Assembly (NCBI GenBank): GCA_963706325.1
Contig: CAVPLT010000007.1
Location: 768,001 to 832,000, forward strand
Direction: 5' to 3'
DNA from: an uncultured Nitrospiraceae bacterium
GTDB lineage: Bacteria; Nitrospirota; Nitrospiria; Nitrospirales; Nitrospiraceae
DNA length: 64,000 nucleotides
Shown here: one piece after another, positions 9,679-20,199 of the stretch
Layout of the letters: each line of letters starts with the position of its first letter
How positions within the stretch are numbered: the first letter of the stretch is position 1
Position numbers and translations under genes: made by a program
Notes under the pieces: model-generated
The model's database searches: none
What the model was told of the DNA's origin: nothing
What the model saw: the letters and a program-made list of their open reading frames with translations, nothing else

Positions 9679-9738
9679 CCGAAAAGACGCGGACCACCGT
9701 GACTGACAAGGCTTTCGAACGATTCGACGAGTAGAGCG

Positions 9739-11508
9739 ATGGCCGAATCAAAAAGGAGTTTAGGCCGACTCCGGTCCTTCCGTGATTCCGTCAAGCGCTT
9801 TACCAAGTCACTTTCTGACGGAGAGGGGATCGTGACACATAAGAACGACGAACATGCGCGCGAGGTTGAAAAACTTCGTATCCAAATCCAGTCCATGGAA
9901 GAGGAAATTCGACGGCTCTATCAGTCACGCTACCAGCTTGAACAAACGACGAAGCAGAACGAAAAGCTCGTTGCCACCCTCCAAGAAGCCAAATCCCAGA
10001 TTGAAGCCCTGCGGGCCGAAGTCGAAAAACTGACCGCTCCGCCTTCCACCTACGGCATTTTCTCCAGCCTCGATTCCGATGGTACAGGGAACGTGTACGT
10101 ATCCGGCCGTAAGATGAAGGTCAGCCTCCATCCCTCCATCAAGGCAAAAAACCTACGTAAAGGCCAGGAAGTTATCCTGAACGAAGCGCTGAATGTTATC
10201 GAAGCGCGTGGATTTGACGTGCAGGGAGAAGTTGTCCGACTCAAGGATGTTCTTGAGGGGAATCGAGCATTGGTGACCTTGCATTTCGATGAAGAAAAAG
10301 TCGCCGAACTTGGCGAGCCCTTGCTCAGTGAGCGCCTCAGCGTCGGCGATCACTTGTTATACGACGCTCGTTCCGGTTGCGTCATTGAAAAGTTGCCGAA
10401 GTCTGAGGCTGAGGAGCTCGTGCTCGAAGAGGTGCCGGATGTGGACTATGAGCACATTGGCGGTTTGCAGAAAGAAATCGAGCAGGTGCGGGATGCCGTA
10501 GAGTTGCCGTTCTTGTATCCGCACATCTTCTCAGACTACAAGCTGCATGCGCCCAAGGGTGTGTTGTTGTATGGCCCTCCAGGTTGCGGAAAGACGCTCA
10601 TTGCGAAGGCCGTGGCAAGTTCCATTGCGAAGAAGTTGGGACATTTGAAGGATAAACAGTTGCGAAGTTATTTCCTCCATGTGAAAGGGCCGGAACTACT
10701 GAACAAGTATGTGGGGGAGTCGGAGCGGCAGGTTCGGGAAGTGTTCAAGAAGGCCAAGGAGCGGGCCGATGACGGCCATCCGGTGATCGTGTTTTTCGAC
10801 GAAATGGATGCGCTCTTCCGCACGCGCGGGACAGGCGTCTCGTCCGATATCGAATCGACCATAGTCCCGCAGTTTTTGTCGGAGATCGACGGGGTGGAGC
10901 GATTGAACAACGTGATTGTCATCGGCGCGAGCAATCGGCAGGACTTGATCGATCCGGCTGTGCTGCGAGCAGGCAGGCTGGATGTGAAGGTAAAAGTAGG
11001 CCGCCCTGATGCCGCAGCCGCCCGGGACATTTTCTCCAAGTACGTCACCCCAGATTTGCCCTTCGCAGAAGACGATCTGAAACGCCACGGCGGGGATGCC
11101 CGCGCGTTGGTTGATTCGCTCATGAGTATGACAGTCGATGCCATGTACGCGACTTCAGATGAAAATAAGTTCATTGAAGTGACCTACGCAAACGGGGAAA
11201 AGGAAGTGCTGTACTTCAAGGATTTTGCCAGCGGCGCTTTGATCGAAGGCATCGTCTCACGCGCCAAGAAGTTCGCGGTGAAGAGGGCTATTGCTCAAGA
11301 AGGAACCGGCCTCCGAGCAGACGATCTTGTGCGAGCGATTCGTGAAGAGTTCAAGGAACACGAAGACTTGCCCAACACCACCAATCCGGACGATTGGGCC
11401 AAGGTAGCCGGTAAGAAGGGCGAAAAGATTATTCACCTTCGGACGATCAGCGGCGGGCCAGCTGAGGCTCGCCAAATTGAAACGGTCAACACAGGTCACT
11501 ACCTGTAG
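9739..11508 (+). CDS. arc: Proteasome-associated AAA ATPase ARC/Mpa
   Basis: N-terminal coiled coil, PPSTYG OB entry, LEEVPDVDYEHIGGL, GPPGCGKT, KGPELLNKYVGESER, FFDEMD, DLPNTTNPDDWA, C-terminal TGHYL (GQYL-like docking motif). Alternative GTG start at 9832 has a good SD. Confidence 0.96.
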   Translation: MAESKRSLGRLRSFRDSVKRFTKSLSDGEGIVTHKNDEHAREVEKLRIQIQSMEEEIRRLYQSRYQLEQTTKQNEKLVATLQEAKSQIEALRAEVEKLTAPPSTYGIFSSLDSDGTGNVYVSGRKMKVSLHPSIKAKNLRKGQEVILNEALNVIEARGFDVQGEVVRLKDVLEGNRALVTLHFDEEKVAELGEPLLSERLSVGDHLLYDARSGCVIEKLPKSEAEELVLEEVPDVDYEHIGGLQKEIEQVRDAVELPFLYPHIFSDYKLHAPKGVLLYGPPGCGKTLIAKAVASSIAKKLGHLKDKQLRSYFLHVKGPELLNKYVGESERQVREVFKKAKERADDGHPVIVFFDEMDALFRTRGTGVSSDIESTIVPQFLSEIDGVERLNNVIVIGASNRQDLIDPAVLRAGRLDVKVKVGRPDAAAARDIFSKYVTPDLPFAEDDLKRHGGDARALVDSLMSMTVDAMYATSDENKFIEVTYANGEKEVLYFKDFASGALIEGIVSRAKKFAVKRAIAQEGTGLRADDLVRAIREEFKEHEDLPNTTNPDDWAKVAGKKGEKIIHLRTISGGPAEARQIETVNTGHYL

Positions 11509-11523
11509 TACGCTCGACAACCC

Positions 11524-13023
11524 ATGAACGACACCCATTCACACAACATGTCCCGTGTCATCGGCACGGAAACCGAATTTGGTATCGCTAGCCGCGATCC
11601 GAATGCGGCCGACCCCGTTGCCAATTCCCTGCACCTCATCGGACACTACCCGAATCTTCCGGCGCCCCATGCGGTGTGGGATTACGAGAATGAAAATCCC
11701 CTCCTGGACGCGCGCGGATTTGAGGTGGATGGGGAACGGGAACGGCCGGGGCCGGACTATAACCGGCAACTGAACAAAGTCTTGGCCAACGGCGGGCGGC
11801 TCTATGTAGATGGCGCCCACCCTGAATATTCGACTCCAGAATGCACCAATGCGCGTGAGGTCGTGGCCTTTGAGCGGGTGGGGGAACGTATCGTTGCGCA
11901 GGCGTTGGCGAGCATCACCAAGGCGCGAGGACGGGAACAATTCGCCTTGTACAAGAACAATTCCGACGGCAAGGGCAATAGCTACGGCTACCATGAAAAC
12001 TACCTCGTCTTGCGTAGGGTGTCTTTTGAACGCATCACGCAGGTGCTGACTCCTTTTCTTGTCACGCGATCTGTTTATGCGGGATCAGGCAAGGTTGGGG
12101 CGGAGAATCAGACCGGTCCGACGGACTATCAGCTTTCGCAGCGGGCAGATTTTTTCGAGACGCTCGTTGACCTCAATACCATGGTTCGGCGCCCCATCAT
12201 CAACACGCGCGACGAACCGCATTCGGATTCAGCGAAGTACCGTCGGCTCCACGTGATTGTCGGAGATGCGAACATGGCTGAGTTATCGACCTATCTGAAG
12301 GTCGGAACATTGGCGATCGTACTCGACTTGCTTGAAGCCGGAGCCGATCTTCCGCTCATCAATTTGGCGGATCCAATCGCTGCCATCAAGCAGGTCTCTC
12401 GAGATGTTCAGGTGAAAGAGTCCCTTAAGTTGATCGGTGGGACAGCGACGACCGCGATCGCGGTGCAGCGACTCTACTTGAAGGCCGCGCAGGACTTTTA
12501 TGCCTGCCATGAACTTGACCAGGTGACGAAAGATGTGTTGGTGCGATGGGAAGACGTGCTCGACCGGTTGGAACGAGACCCTCACTCACTGGTGCGAGAG
12601 CTGGATTGGGTGGCTAAACGCTATTTAATTGAATCGTATATAGAGCGGAAGTCATGCGGATGGGATGATCCGCGCGTGCGGTTGATGGATCTGCAGTATC
12701 ACGACATCCGTCCAGACAAAGGGCTCTACTATACGCTCGAACGTAGCAATAGAATGGAGCGAGTGGTTTTGGACCAGGAGATCGCGCGAGCGGAGTTCAC
12801 GCCGCCGGTGGGCACACGGGCCTATTTCCGAGGGCAGTGCGTCAAGAAATACCCGAATGCCGTCTACGGGGCGAGTTGGACGTCGGTATTGTTTGATATC
12901 GGGCAGAACAAGATCAAGAAAATCCCACTGATGGAACCTCTACGCGGGACTGAGGCGTTAACGGGAGAACTCTTCGCCCAGGCAGAGACTGCGGCGGCAC
13001 TGCTCGAAAAACTTTCGACCTAA
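11524..13023 (+). CDS. dop: Pup deamidase/depupylase Dop (PafA2)
   Basis: GTETEFGI, WDYENENPLLDARGF (Dop loop), NGGRLYVDGAHPEYSTPEC, KNNSDGKGNSYGYHENY, RRLHVIVGDAN, TRAYFRG, ASW. Confidence 0.93.
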   Translation: MNDTHSHNMSRVIGTETEFGIASRDPNAADPVANSLHLIGHYPNLPAPHAVWDYENENPLLDARGFEVDGERERPGPDYNRQLNKVLANGGRLYVDGAHPEYSTPECTNAREVVAFERVGERIVAQALASITKARGREQFALYKNNSDGKGNSYGYHENYLVLRRVSFERITQVLTPFLVTRSVYAGSGKVGAENQTGPTDYQLSQRADFFETLVDLNTMVRRPIINTRDEPHSDSAKYRRLHVIVGDANMAELSTYLKVGTLAIVLDLLEAGADLPLINLADPIAAIKQVSRDVQVKESLKLIGGTATTAIAVQRLYLKAAQDFYACHELDQVTKDVLVRWEDVLDRLERDPHSLVRELDWVAKRYLIESYIERKSCGWDDPRVRLMDLQYHDIRPDKGLYYTLERSNRMERVVLDQEIARAEFTPPVGTRAYFRGQCVKKYPNAVYGASWTSVLFDIGQNKIKKIPLMEPLRGTEALTGELFAQAETAAALLEKLST

Positions 13024-13036
13024 TCGCGACGTTCAC

Positions 13037-13861
13037 ATGAAAAACAGCTCCTTTCTCCCACATCACGACGGGTCGAGCTTTTTCGACTTCCTCAGTAAAC
13101 ACTATCCTTCATTGACTCCCTGCCTGAACGAATTCGGTGGACAGCCGATGGCCATGGCGCAGGATTTGAGCCGATCAGGAATGTTGTCGGTCCCGCATGG
13201 GACGACGGTCTTGGCCATCAAGTATCGTGACGGAGCCATTATCGCGGGTGATCGCCGCGCGACCGAAGGATTTCAGATTGCCGACCGACGGATTGAGAAG
13301 GTCTTTCGCATCGACGACTATTCCGCCATGGCGATCGCGGGAGCAGCTGGACCGTGCATTGAGATGGCCAAGTTGTTCCAAACCGAACTCGAGCATTATG
13401 AAAAGCTGGAAGGCGTGCAGCTCTCCTGCGAAGGCAAGGCGAATAAGTTGGGGCAGATGGTAAAGGCCAATTTGCCGATGGTGTTTCAAGGATTGGTCGT
13501 CATGCCGCTCTACGTTGGATATGACCTGAAGCGTAACGAAGGTCGAATCTTCAAGTACGACATCACAGGGGGGCGCTACGAAGAGTCTGAACACCATTCA
13601 ATCGGCTCGGGCGGCAAAGATGCCCGAAACACAATGCGGGAGCATTACCGTTCGGGGCTGTCTGAAGAGGAGGCGATTCGTGTCGGGCTCCTGGCGCTCT
13701 ACAATGCAGCGGATGAGGATGTGGGAACCGGAGGCCCTGATCTGGTTCGCGGCATTTATCCAACGGCGAAAATTGTCAGCGACGCCGGTATTATCGATGT
13801 GCCGGAGGAACGGGTCCGTGCCCTATACGAGACCATGATTGCGCAGAGAAGGAGAACGTAA
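13037..13861 (+). CDS. prcB: 20S proteasome beta subunit with propeptide
   Basis: Propeptide with SSFFDFL motif, autocleavage site PHG|TTVLA, AGDRRAT, ELEHYEKLEG, GSGG, AADEDVGTGGPD. Confidence 0.96.
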   Translation: MKNSSFLPHHDGSSFFDFLSKHYPSLTPCLNEFGGQPMAMAQDLSRSGMLSVPHGTTVLAIKYRDGAIIAGDRRATEGFQIADRRIEKVFRIDDYSAMAIAGAAGPCIEMAKLFQTELEHYEKLEGVQLSCEGKANKLGQMVKANLPMVFQGLVVMPLYVGYDLKRNEGRIFKYDITGGRYEESEHHSIGSGGKDARNTMREHYRSGLSEEEAIRVGLLALYNAADEDVGTGGPDLVRGIYPTAKIVSDAGIIDVPEERVRALYETMIAQRRRT

Positions 13862-13864
13862 TCG

Positions 13865-14548
13865 ATGCCGTTGCCGTACTACGTCTCGCCTGAACAAATG
13901 ATGCAGGATAAGGCGGAGTACGCCAAGAAGGGCATCGCAAAGGGGCGCTCGATCATTGCGCTGGAGTATAACGACGGCATTCTTCTGGCGGCGGACAACC
14001 CCAGTTCGTCTTTGCACAAAGTATCCGAGGTGTACGATCGCATTGCCTTCGCCGGAGCCGGCAAGTATAGCGAGTTCGAACATCTCAGGAAGGCGGGTAT
14101 TCGCCACGCTGACTTGACCGGCTATATGTACAGTCGCGAGGATGTCAGTGCGCGCACATTGTCCAATGCCTATTCGCAGAGCCTGGGAACCGCGTTCAGT
14201 ACGGATGTCAAGCCATTGGAGGTGGAAATTCTTGTGGTGCAAGTCGCGCTCAATGGCCAGGTGAATGAGATTTATCGCATTTTATTCGATGGAAGCATCG
14301 TGGATGAGAAGAATTTTGCCGTTATTGGAGGTCGCTCGGAAGCGGTGCAACAGTATTTGCGGGAACATGCCACGCCCCAGCCCGCGACGTTGAAGGATAG
14401 TCTGAAGCGCTGCGTGGCCGCATTTGAACAGGTAGCCGCTCAAAAAATTCCGTCTGAGAATCTAGAAGTGGCCGTGCTGGACAGAAATCGTACTGGGCGG
14501 AAATTCAAACGATTGAGTAGTACTGATATTTCTCAGCTCTTTGCCTAG
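13865..14548 (+). CDS. prcA: 20S proteasome alpha subunit
   Basis: MPLPYYVSPEQMMQDKAEYAKKGIAKGRS, LHKVSEVYDRIAFAG.GKY.EF, LEVAVLDR: actinobacterial-type PrcA. Confidence 0.96.
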   Translation: MPLPYYVSPEQMMQDKAEYAKKGIAKGRSIIALEYNDGILLAADNPSSSLHKVSEVYDRIAFAGAGKYSEFEHLRKAGIRHADLTGYMYSREDVSARTLSNAYSQSLGTAFSTDVKPLEVEILVVQVALNGQVNEIYRILFDGSIVDEKNFAVIGGRSEAVQQYLREHATPQPATLKDSLKRCVAAFEQVAAQKIPSENLEVAVLDRNRTGRKFKRLSSTDISQLFA

Positions 14549-14653
14549 CCGCTTGCCAACCCGCCTCATCATCGGTGCCGATTTGTTGCAGGCACCGCAT
14601 CAGAATCGCAGTAATTCTATGGTGTACGCTCGATGCGTAATGAGACGCGTCTG

Positions 14654-14682
14654 TTGAAGCCTCACCCGTCACGGTGTATCCT
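14654..14682 (+). promoter_or_regulatory. Putative internal sigma70 promoter upstream of pafA
   Basis: TTGAAG (14654-14659), 17 nt spacer, TATCCT (14677-14682). A GC hairpin CGGTGCC/GGCACCG (14573-14597) lies between prcA and this site. Confidence 0.45.
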
Positions 14683-14714
14683 GAATACACATGCCTGCGA
14701 GGAATGACTTATCC

Positions 14715-16091
14715 ATGCAACAGCGAATTTTCGGCCTGGAGAATGAATACGGACTGATCTTTTCTCCAAACGGGAAGATCTATCTTCCGATGGAGAAGGT
14801 CCTGGGTTATATCTTCGAGGGGCTGATTCCCAACAGTTGGCCGTCCAATGCGTTTCTGGTCAACGGCGCGCGATTTTACCAAGATACTGGCTGCCATCCG
14901 GAGTATTCGACGCCTGAATGCGACAATATTCTCGATTTGGTCATTCACGACAAGGCCGGTGAGCGCCTCTTGGAAGCCTGCTTGCCCGCGGCGGAAGAGC
15001 GTTTGCGGGAGGAAGGCCTGGCTGGAGAAATCTACATATTCAAGAATAATACCGATTCGCTGGGAAATACCTACGGCTGCCATGAAAATTATCTGATGCG
15101 TCGGGATGTCGATTTCTGGAAGGTCACCGAGCAGCTCATTCCGTTTTTCGTGACACGGCAAATCTACTCCGGCGCCGGGAAAGTGCTGAAGGTATCGGGG
15201 AAGCCTCAATATTTTATCTCGCAACGAGCGCAGCACATCCACGAAAAAACCTCCTCGTCGACCACGTCCTCACGGAGTATTATCAATACGCGAGACGAAC
15301 CGCATGCAGATGCGGAAAAATATCGACGGCTCCATATTATCGTGGGCGATTCAAACATGTCGGAATATGCCACCTATCTCAAGGTTGGAACGGCGACATT
15401 AGTACTCTCCATGATTGAAGCGGGATTTTCCGTGAGCGGCATGGAACTGGAAGATCCGGTCAAAGCCATCCGCGAGATTTCTCGTGATCCCACGCTCAAT
15501 AAAAAAGTGAAGCTGGACGACGGCCGGCAGATGACCGCCATCGAAATCCAGCGTGTCTACGTGGCGCGCGCGAAAGAATTTCTGGCAGAGCAGGACCATG
15601 ATCCGGTTTTGGACGATGTGCTCGAAAAATGGGTGTCCGTGCTGGATCGGCTCGAAGAGGATCCCATGCAACTCTTGCATGAGGTCGATTGGGTCATGAA
15701 AAAGCATCTCATTCAGTCATACACGGATAAAAAAGACTGCGGGTGGGACGATCCTCGCGTCTTCCTGTTGGATTTGCAGTTTCATGACGTGAAACGGACC
15801 CGCGGGTTGTATTATTTAATGGAAAATCGTGGAATGGCCGTCCGTGTCGTCGAGGAGGAGGCGGTTCAGCGTGCCATGTCGGTACCGCCGCAAACCACTC
15901 GGGCGAAGGTACGCGGAGATTTTATCCGGTTTGCGCGTGCCAAGAATCGTTCCTATACGGTGGATTGGACCTATTTGAAATTGAATGGGTATTGGGAAGA
16001 GACCATTCTCTGCATGGACCCGTTCAGTGCCGTGAATCGGCGCGTTGATGAGTTGCTATCGCAGGTCTCCAGCGCGCGATTTTATCGATGA
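14715..16091 (+). CDS. pafA: Pup-protein ligase PafA
   Basis: MQQRIFGLENEYG, SNAFLVNGARFYQDTG.HPEY.TPECD, FKNNTDS.GN.YGCHENY, SSSTTSSR.IINTRDEPHADAEKYRRLH, PPQTTRAK.RG.FI, VDW, DPF. ATG 14715; in-frame ATG 14691 also possible. Confidence 0.95.
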   Translation: MQQRIFGLENEYGLIFSPNGKIYLPMEKVLGYIFEGLIPNSWPSNAFLVNGARFYQDTGCHPEYSTPECDNILDLVIHDKAGERLLEACLPAAEERLREEGLAGEIYIFKNNTDSLGNTYGCHENYLMRRDVDFWKVTEQLIPFFVTRQIYSGAGKVLKVSGKPQYFISQRAQHIHEKTSSSTTSSRSIINTRDEPHADAEKYRRLHIIVGDSNMSEYATYLKVGTATLVLSMIEAGFSVSGMELEDPVKAIREISRDPTLNKKVKLDDGRQMTAIEIQRVYVARAKEFLAEQDHDPVLDDVLEKWVSVLDRLEEDPMQLLHEVDWVMKKHLIQSYTDKKDCGWDDPRVFLLDLQFHDVKRTRGLYYLMENRGMAVRVVEEEAVQRAMSVPPQTTRAKVRGDFIRFARAKNRSYTVDWTYLKLNGYWEETILCMDPFSAVNRRVDELLSQVSSARFYR

Positions 16092-16123
16092 CCTGAGCTG
16101 AAGAACCGAGTTGAGAGATAGCC

Positions 16124-17110
16124 ATGTCGCATCTGGATCGGTTTCTCATCATCTCTGTGGTATTACTGGCCAGTGTGTTTCCAGTGGAATTGTTTCCGAA
16201 CACGGTTCCTGCACATCGAGGCGCCGACGGCCAATTTACTGGAAAACAGGGACAAATCGTTCTCATCACGATGCCGGATCTTAAGGACGCGACCAGCGTC
16301 AAAGGTCGGTTTCTGGGACGCACGATCACGCTATTTCCTGACCCCTCAAGGGGGGCAGGTTTCGGTTATATTGGCTTGCTGGGGATTGATTTGCAGGATG
16401 AGCCTGGTGCGCACGAGCTGACGGTTGATGCACAATTGGGCGAACAAATGCGGCATCTCAGTTACCAGGTCTTCGTGATGAAAGAAAAATTTTCCGTTGA
16501 GCATCTCACATTGCCGAAAGACAAAGTCGATCTGGATGACAAAGCAGCCGCGCGCTGGAAAGCTGAGCAGGAGGATGTTCGTAAAGCCCTGGCCGAAGAG
16601 TCAGCCATGCGCCTGTGGAAGACGAGATTTATCGAGCCGGTTCGAGGAAAACGCACTGGCATTTTCGGTAGCGTCAGAATCATGAATGGACAGGCGAGAA
16701 ATCCACATAATGGAGAGGATATCGGGGCTCCGCACGGTACCGATGTGCTGGCCAGCAACGATGGGGTTGTACGTCTGACTGTGGATCACATTTTTTCCGG
16801 CCGGGGCATCTTTTTGGATCACGGCCTCGGCCTCTATTCGATGTATTTTCACCTCTCTGACGTGCTGGTCAAAGAAGGTGATTTGATAAAGGCCGGACAG
16901 ATCATAGGCAAGGTCGGAACCACGGGGCGTGCCACGGGACCGCATCTCCATTGGGGGATAAAGGTGAACGGGGCTCGCGTCAACCCATATGCTCTGCTTG
17001 AATTACCGTTTCCTCAGAACCCCGCCGCGTCACAGTCGCCGTCCGCCACGCCATCTAGTCTCGTTCAGCCTGAATTGATCTCACCTGCTGTCGGTAGTGA
17101 TCAACGTTAG
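16124..17110 (+). CDS. M23 family metallopeptidase, exported
   Basis: Hydrophobic N-terminus; HNGED (HxxxD), DHG.G..S.Y.HLS, GRATGPHLHWG (HxH) intact. Confidence 0.9.
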   Translation: MSHLDRFLIISVVLLASVFPVELFPNTVPAHRGADGQFTGKQGQIVLITMPDLKDATSVKGRFLGRTITLFPDPSRGAGFGYIGLLGIDLQDEPGAHELTVDAQLGEQMRHLSYQVFVMKEKFSVEHLTLPKDKVDLDDKAAARWKAEQEDVRKALAEESAMRLWKTRFIEPVRGKRTGIFGSVRIMNGQARNPHNGEDIGAPHGTDVLASNDGVVRLTVDHIFSGRGIFLDHGLGLYSMYFHLSDVLVKEGDLIKAGQIIGKVGTTGRATGPHLHWGIKVNGARVNPYALLELPFPQNPAASQSPSATPSSLVQPELISPAVGSDQR

Positions 17111-17325
17111 TGTGTGACGGCCTTTCCGTTTCACGTAACGCCAATATGATTCACGAAAAAGTTAGTGTTGGCATACTGATCGAAAACCCATAGCTATCCG
17201 CTAATATGATCAGGCCGGACGATGAATGACACTCCACGTCCTACGCATTCGTGATTTTCAAACCGGCGGCAATGCGGCACCCTCGGTGCGCAGCGCTGGA
17301 TCAATCTGCTGATCGGCAACTTCTG

Positions 17326-19755
17326 TCAGTGCAATCGTTCGAGACTTGGATCAAAGGCCGCGAGCACAGCCTTTGTCAGCGAGTCCGGCGTGTAGGGCTT
17401 CGGAAGAAACGCTGTCTGGGCATCACTGTCCTCGAACACTTTTCCCTGTCGGTCAGAGTAACCGGACGTGACGATGACCTTGATGTTGGGTTGCAACATT
17501 CTGAGTTCGGCGGCAAGCTCCGCTCCGCCCATCCCCGGCATAATCATATCGGTCAGCAAGAGTGCGATAGGGCGGGTCTGCCGGCGAGCGATGTCCAACG
17601 CTTCTTCAGCAGAGCGCGCTGCCAAGACCGTATAATTCCCAGCCGCCAGTATGGTGTTCGCCAGTCCCCTCACCATGTCATTGTCTTCAACCAGTAGAAT
17701 GGTTTCTGACTTATCGACCGTCCCCGCCGGTTGAATGACTGGGCGTGGCAGCTCGGCCTGCTCCGTGACCCGTGGTAGGTAGATGGTGAAGGTGGTGCCA
17801 TTTCCTGGCTCGCTCGTGATGCCGACAGTCCCTCCGCATTGGCGCGCGATGCCATACACGGTAGAGAGCCCTAGGCCCGTACCTTTCCCTTGCTCCTTCG
17901 TGGTGAAAAACGGTTCAAATATATGGGCTTGGGTTTCCGCATCCATTCCGCATCCGGTATCTCGGACCACCAATGTAGTATACGGACCAGGGGCGAGTGG
18001 GTCAGGCCAACACGGATCGGTATGCGAAATGGACACTTCCTTCGTTTCAAGCTCAAGACGGCCGCCATACGGCATGGCATCGCGGGCATTGACGACTAGA
18101 TTCATGATGACCTGTTCGATCTGTCCCGGATCCGCTTTGATGAAGCCCAATGTAGGATCCAGCGTCACGACGAGGTTGATATCTTCGCCGATCACGCGCT
18201 TCATCAATTCGGCGATGTCAACCACGCGGTCGTTCAGGTTCAGGGCCTTACGTTCGACCAGTTGGTGACGCGTGAAGGCTAACAATTGCCGAGTGAGACC
18301 AGTCGCTTTATAGCCGGCTTCCTTCATTTGTCCTACGCCGCGTCGAACCCGGGCGTTAAGTCCCGGCTCTTCCAGCAACAATTCTGCCCAGCTATTGATG
18401 ACAGTCAGGAGATTGTTGAAGTCGTGGGCGATGCCTCCCGCCATGCGTCCCAATGCTTCCATCTTTTGCGCTTGGCGAAGTTGCCGCTCGAGGTCCTTGC
18501 GGTAAAGAAACTGACTGATCATTGCGCCCAATTCGGCAACTCGCTCCAGTTTCCAGGTTGTCGGACGCAGGACTTCACAGGTCAAAAACTCCATGATGCC
18601 CAGGATGTCTTTACCCTTGTGGATCGGAAACGCCAGGCCACCATGTAGCTCGGCCTGTCGAGTTGCCTGCAGAGCGGGCAATCCTTTCTCCAGTTGAATA
18701 TCCGGCCAGAGCAAGATCTCTCCGGTCTTCCAGACCTGTCCGGCAAGTCCCGTCCCTGGTTGCAAAACCAAGCCTCGGTACTGTCGGGCAAACTCTTCGG
18801 CGAACCTTCCAGTCTGGTGCCATAGCGCCTCGCAGCGTAACGTTTTTCCGTGAGTATTGGGGAGCCACAATGCTCCCAATGTCCAGCCTTGTAGTTCACA
18901 CATGGCGCGGATGATTTTCGGCACGGCCTCATTGAAGGTGACTGATTCCTCGAGCGCCAGGCCAATGGCGACCTGCGTGGCGTGCATAGTCTCCGCCTGT
19001 CTGCGTTCGGTGATATCGCTCTTCGCCCCGATCATCCGATAGGGTTTGCCATGAGAGTCTCGAAGCACATAGCCATGGTCGATCACATAGGCATACGTGC
19101 CGTCGGTCCTTCGATACCGATACTCGGCGGTCCACAGGTGCTGATCCGATTCGAGCACATAGGCCAGGCCGGCGATGATTGATGCCCGGTCTGCAGGATG
19201 GATTTGCTCGGACCAGGCCAGCCATCCCTCCTCCGAGTCCTGCCGGCCGTATCCATACACGGTTTCGTAGGCCTCGTTCCACCACACGACACCCGAGGTG
19301 ATATCCCAATCCCAGATCGCGTCTCTGGTTGCGAGGCAGGTCAGTTGAAAACGCTCTTCGCTTTTCCTCAAAGCTTGTTCGACACGATGTCGGCCCATCG
19401 CATAACGAATCGCGCGTCTCAGCGTATCTCCAGTCAACCGTCCTTTGACGAGATAATCTTGCGCCCCATGAAGAAGGGATTCTTCGGCGATTCCGTCGTC
19501 GTCCAGCCCGGTCAAGACAATGACGGGAGCCTCATGCGCTTTTGCTCGCACACGATCAAGGCTTTCCAATCCCTGGCTGTCGGGAAGCGATAGATCCACT
19601 AAAATCGCGTCCACCTGATTCTGCGCGAGTGTGACAAAGCCCGCTTCAAGCGTGCCGGCCCAGTGTAAGGTGAAGCTGTGGGAAGAATGTTCCGAGAGGG
19701 CTTCCCGGATCAGCTCCGCGTCATCCTCATTATCCTCGATCAGCAACACATGCAC
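17326..19755 (-). CDS. Hybrid sensor histidine kinase/response regulator (REC-PAS-GAF-HisKA-HATPase-REC)
   Basis: N-terminal LLIEDN..D..VDLSLPD; PAS_3 (WDWD...IHPADR); GAF (G.GLAG.VW); [39 protein letters not shown]-terminal [12 protein letters not shown]. Confidence 0.93.
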   Translation of the reverse strand: MHVLLIEDNEDDAELIREALSEHSSHSFTLHWAGTLEAGFVTLAQNQVDAILVDLSLPDSQGLESLDRVRAKAHEAPVIVLTGLDDDGIAEESLLHGAQDYLVKGRLTGDTLRRAIRYAMGRHRVEQALRKSEERFQLTCLATRDAIWDWDITSGVVWWNEAYETVYGYGRQDSEEGWLAWSEQIHPADRASIIAGLAYVLESDQHLWTAEYRYRRTDGTYAYVIDHGYVLRDSHGKPYRMIGAKSDITERRQAETMHATQVAIGLALEESVTFNEAVPKIIRAMCELQGWTLGALWLPNTHGKTLRCEALWHQTGRFAEEFARQYRGLVLQPGTGLAGQVWKTGEILLWPDIQLEKGLPALQATRQAELHGGLAFPIHKGKDILGIMEFLTCEVLRPTTWKLERVAELGAMISQFLYRKDLERQLRQAQKMEALGRMAGGIAHDFNNLLTVINSWAELLLEEPGLNARVRRGVGQMKEAGYKATGLTRQLLAFTRHQLVERKALNLNDRVVDIAELMKRVIGEDINLVVTLDPTLGFIKADPGQIEQVIMNLVVNARDAMPYGGRLELETKEVSISHTDPCWPDPLAPGPYTTLVVRDTGCGMDAETQAHIFEPFFTTKEQGKGTGLGLSTVYGIARQCGGTVGITSEPGNGTTFTIYLPRVTEQAELPRPVIQPAGTVDKSETILLVEDNDMVRGLANTILAAGNYTVLAARSAEEALDIARRQTRPIALLLTDMIMPGMGGAELAAELRMLQPNIKVIVTSGYSDRQGKVFEDSDAQTAFLPKPYTPDSLTKAVLAAFDPSLERLH

Positions 19756-19758
19756 GCG

Positions 19759-20199
19759 TCACCTCTTGACAAAGGGAATTTTTGACACCAAGGACCAGTA
19801 CATTTCGAACTCTTTGACGACCGTGATAAATCTCGTGAAGGTGACTGGTTTACGAATGTAGGAGCACGCGCCTTGTTCAAAGGACCGGAGGATGTCCTCC
19901 TCTCGTTCGCTCACGGTCAGCATCACGATAGGAAGGGCGCGAAAACGGGGTTCGGCCTTGATTGCCGAGAGTACTTCGAGGCCGGTCTTTTTCGGCATAT
20001 TGATGTCGAGCAATACCATGCCTGGCAGCAGGGACTCTTTGAAAGCGCCCTCTCCACGCAAATAGGCCAAGGCTTCTTCACCGTCCCGCACGACGGCAAT
20101 ACGATTGACCATATTCACTTCCTCGAATGCCTCGCGGATGAGCAAAATATCATCCTCATTGTCTTCCGCGATCAGAATATCGAACGGTCGCAGCGTCAT
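19759..20199 (-). CDS. Single-domain response regulator (Rcp1-like)
   Basis: ILIAEDNEDD, DGEEALAYL, LLDINMPKKTGLEVL, PIVMLT.S..EEDI..S...GA.SYIRKP, YW. Confidence 0.92.
   Translation of the reverse strand: MTLRPFDILIAEDNEDDILLIREAFEEVNMVNRIAVVRDGEEALAYLRGEGAFKESLLPGMVLLDINMPKKTGLEVLSAIKAEPRFRALPIVMLTVSEREEDILRSFEQGACSYIRKPVTFTRFITVVKEFEMYWSLVSKIPFVKR

Noticed and set aside
13037..13200. GGQ inside the prcB N-terminal region suggested a Pup-PrcB fusion
   Set aside because: The segment carries the SSFFDFL propeptide motif and ends at PHG|TT; it has no acidic Pup-like sequence.
17170..17215. GGCATACTGATCGAAA resembles the start of a c-di-GMP-I riboswitch
   Set aside because: The downstream GACGCAAAGC/P3 elements are missing and the site lies between convergent 3' ends.
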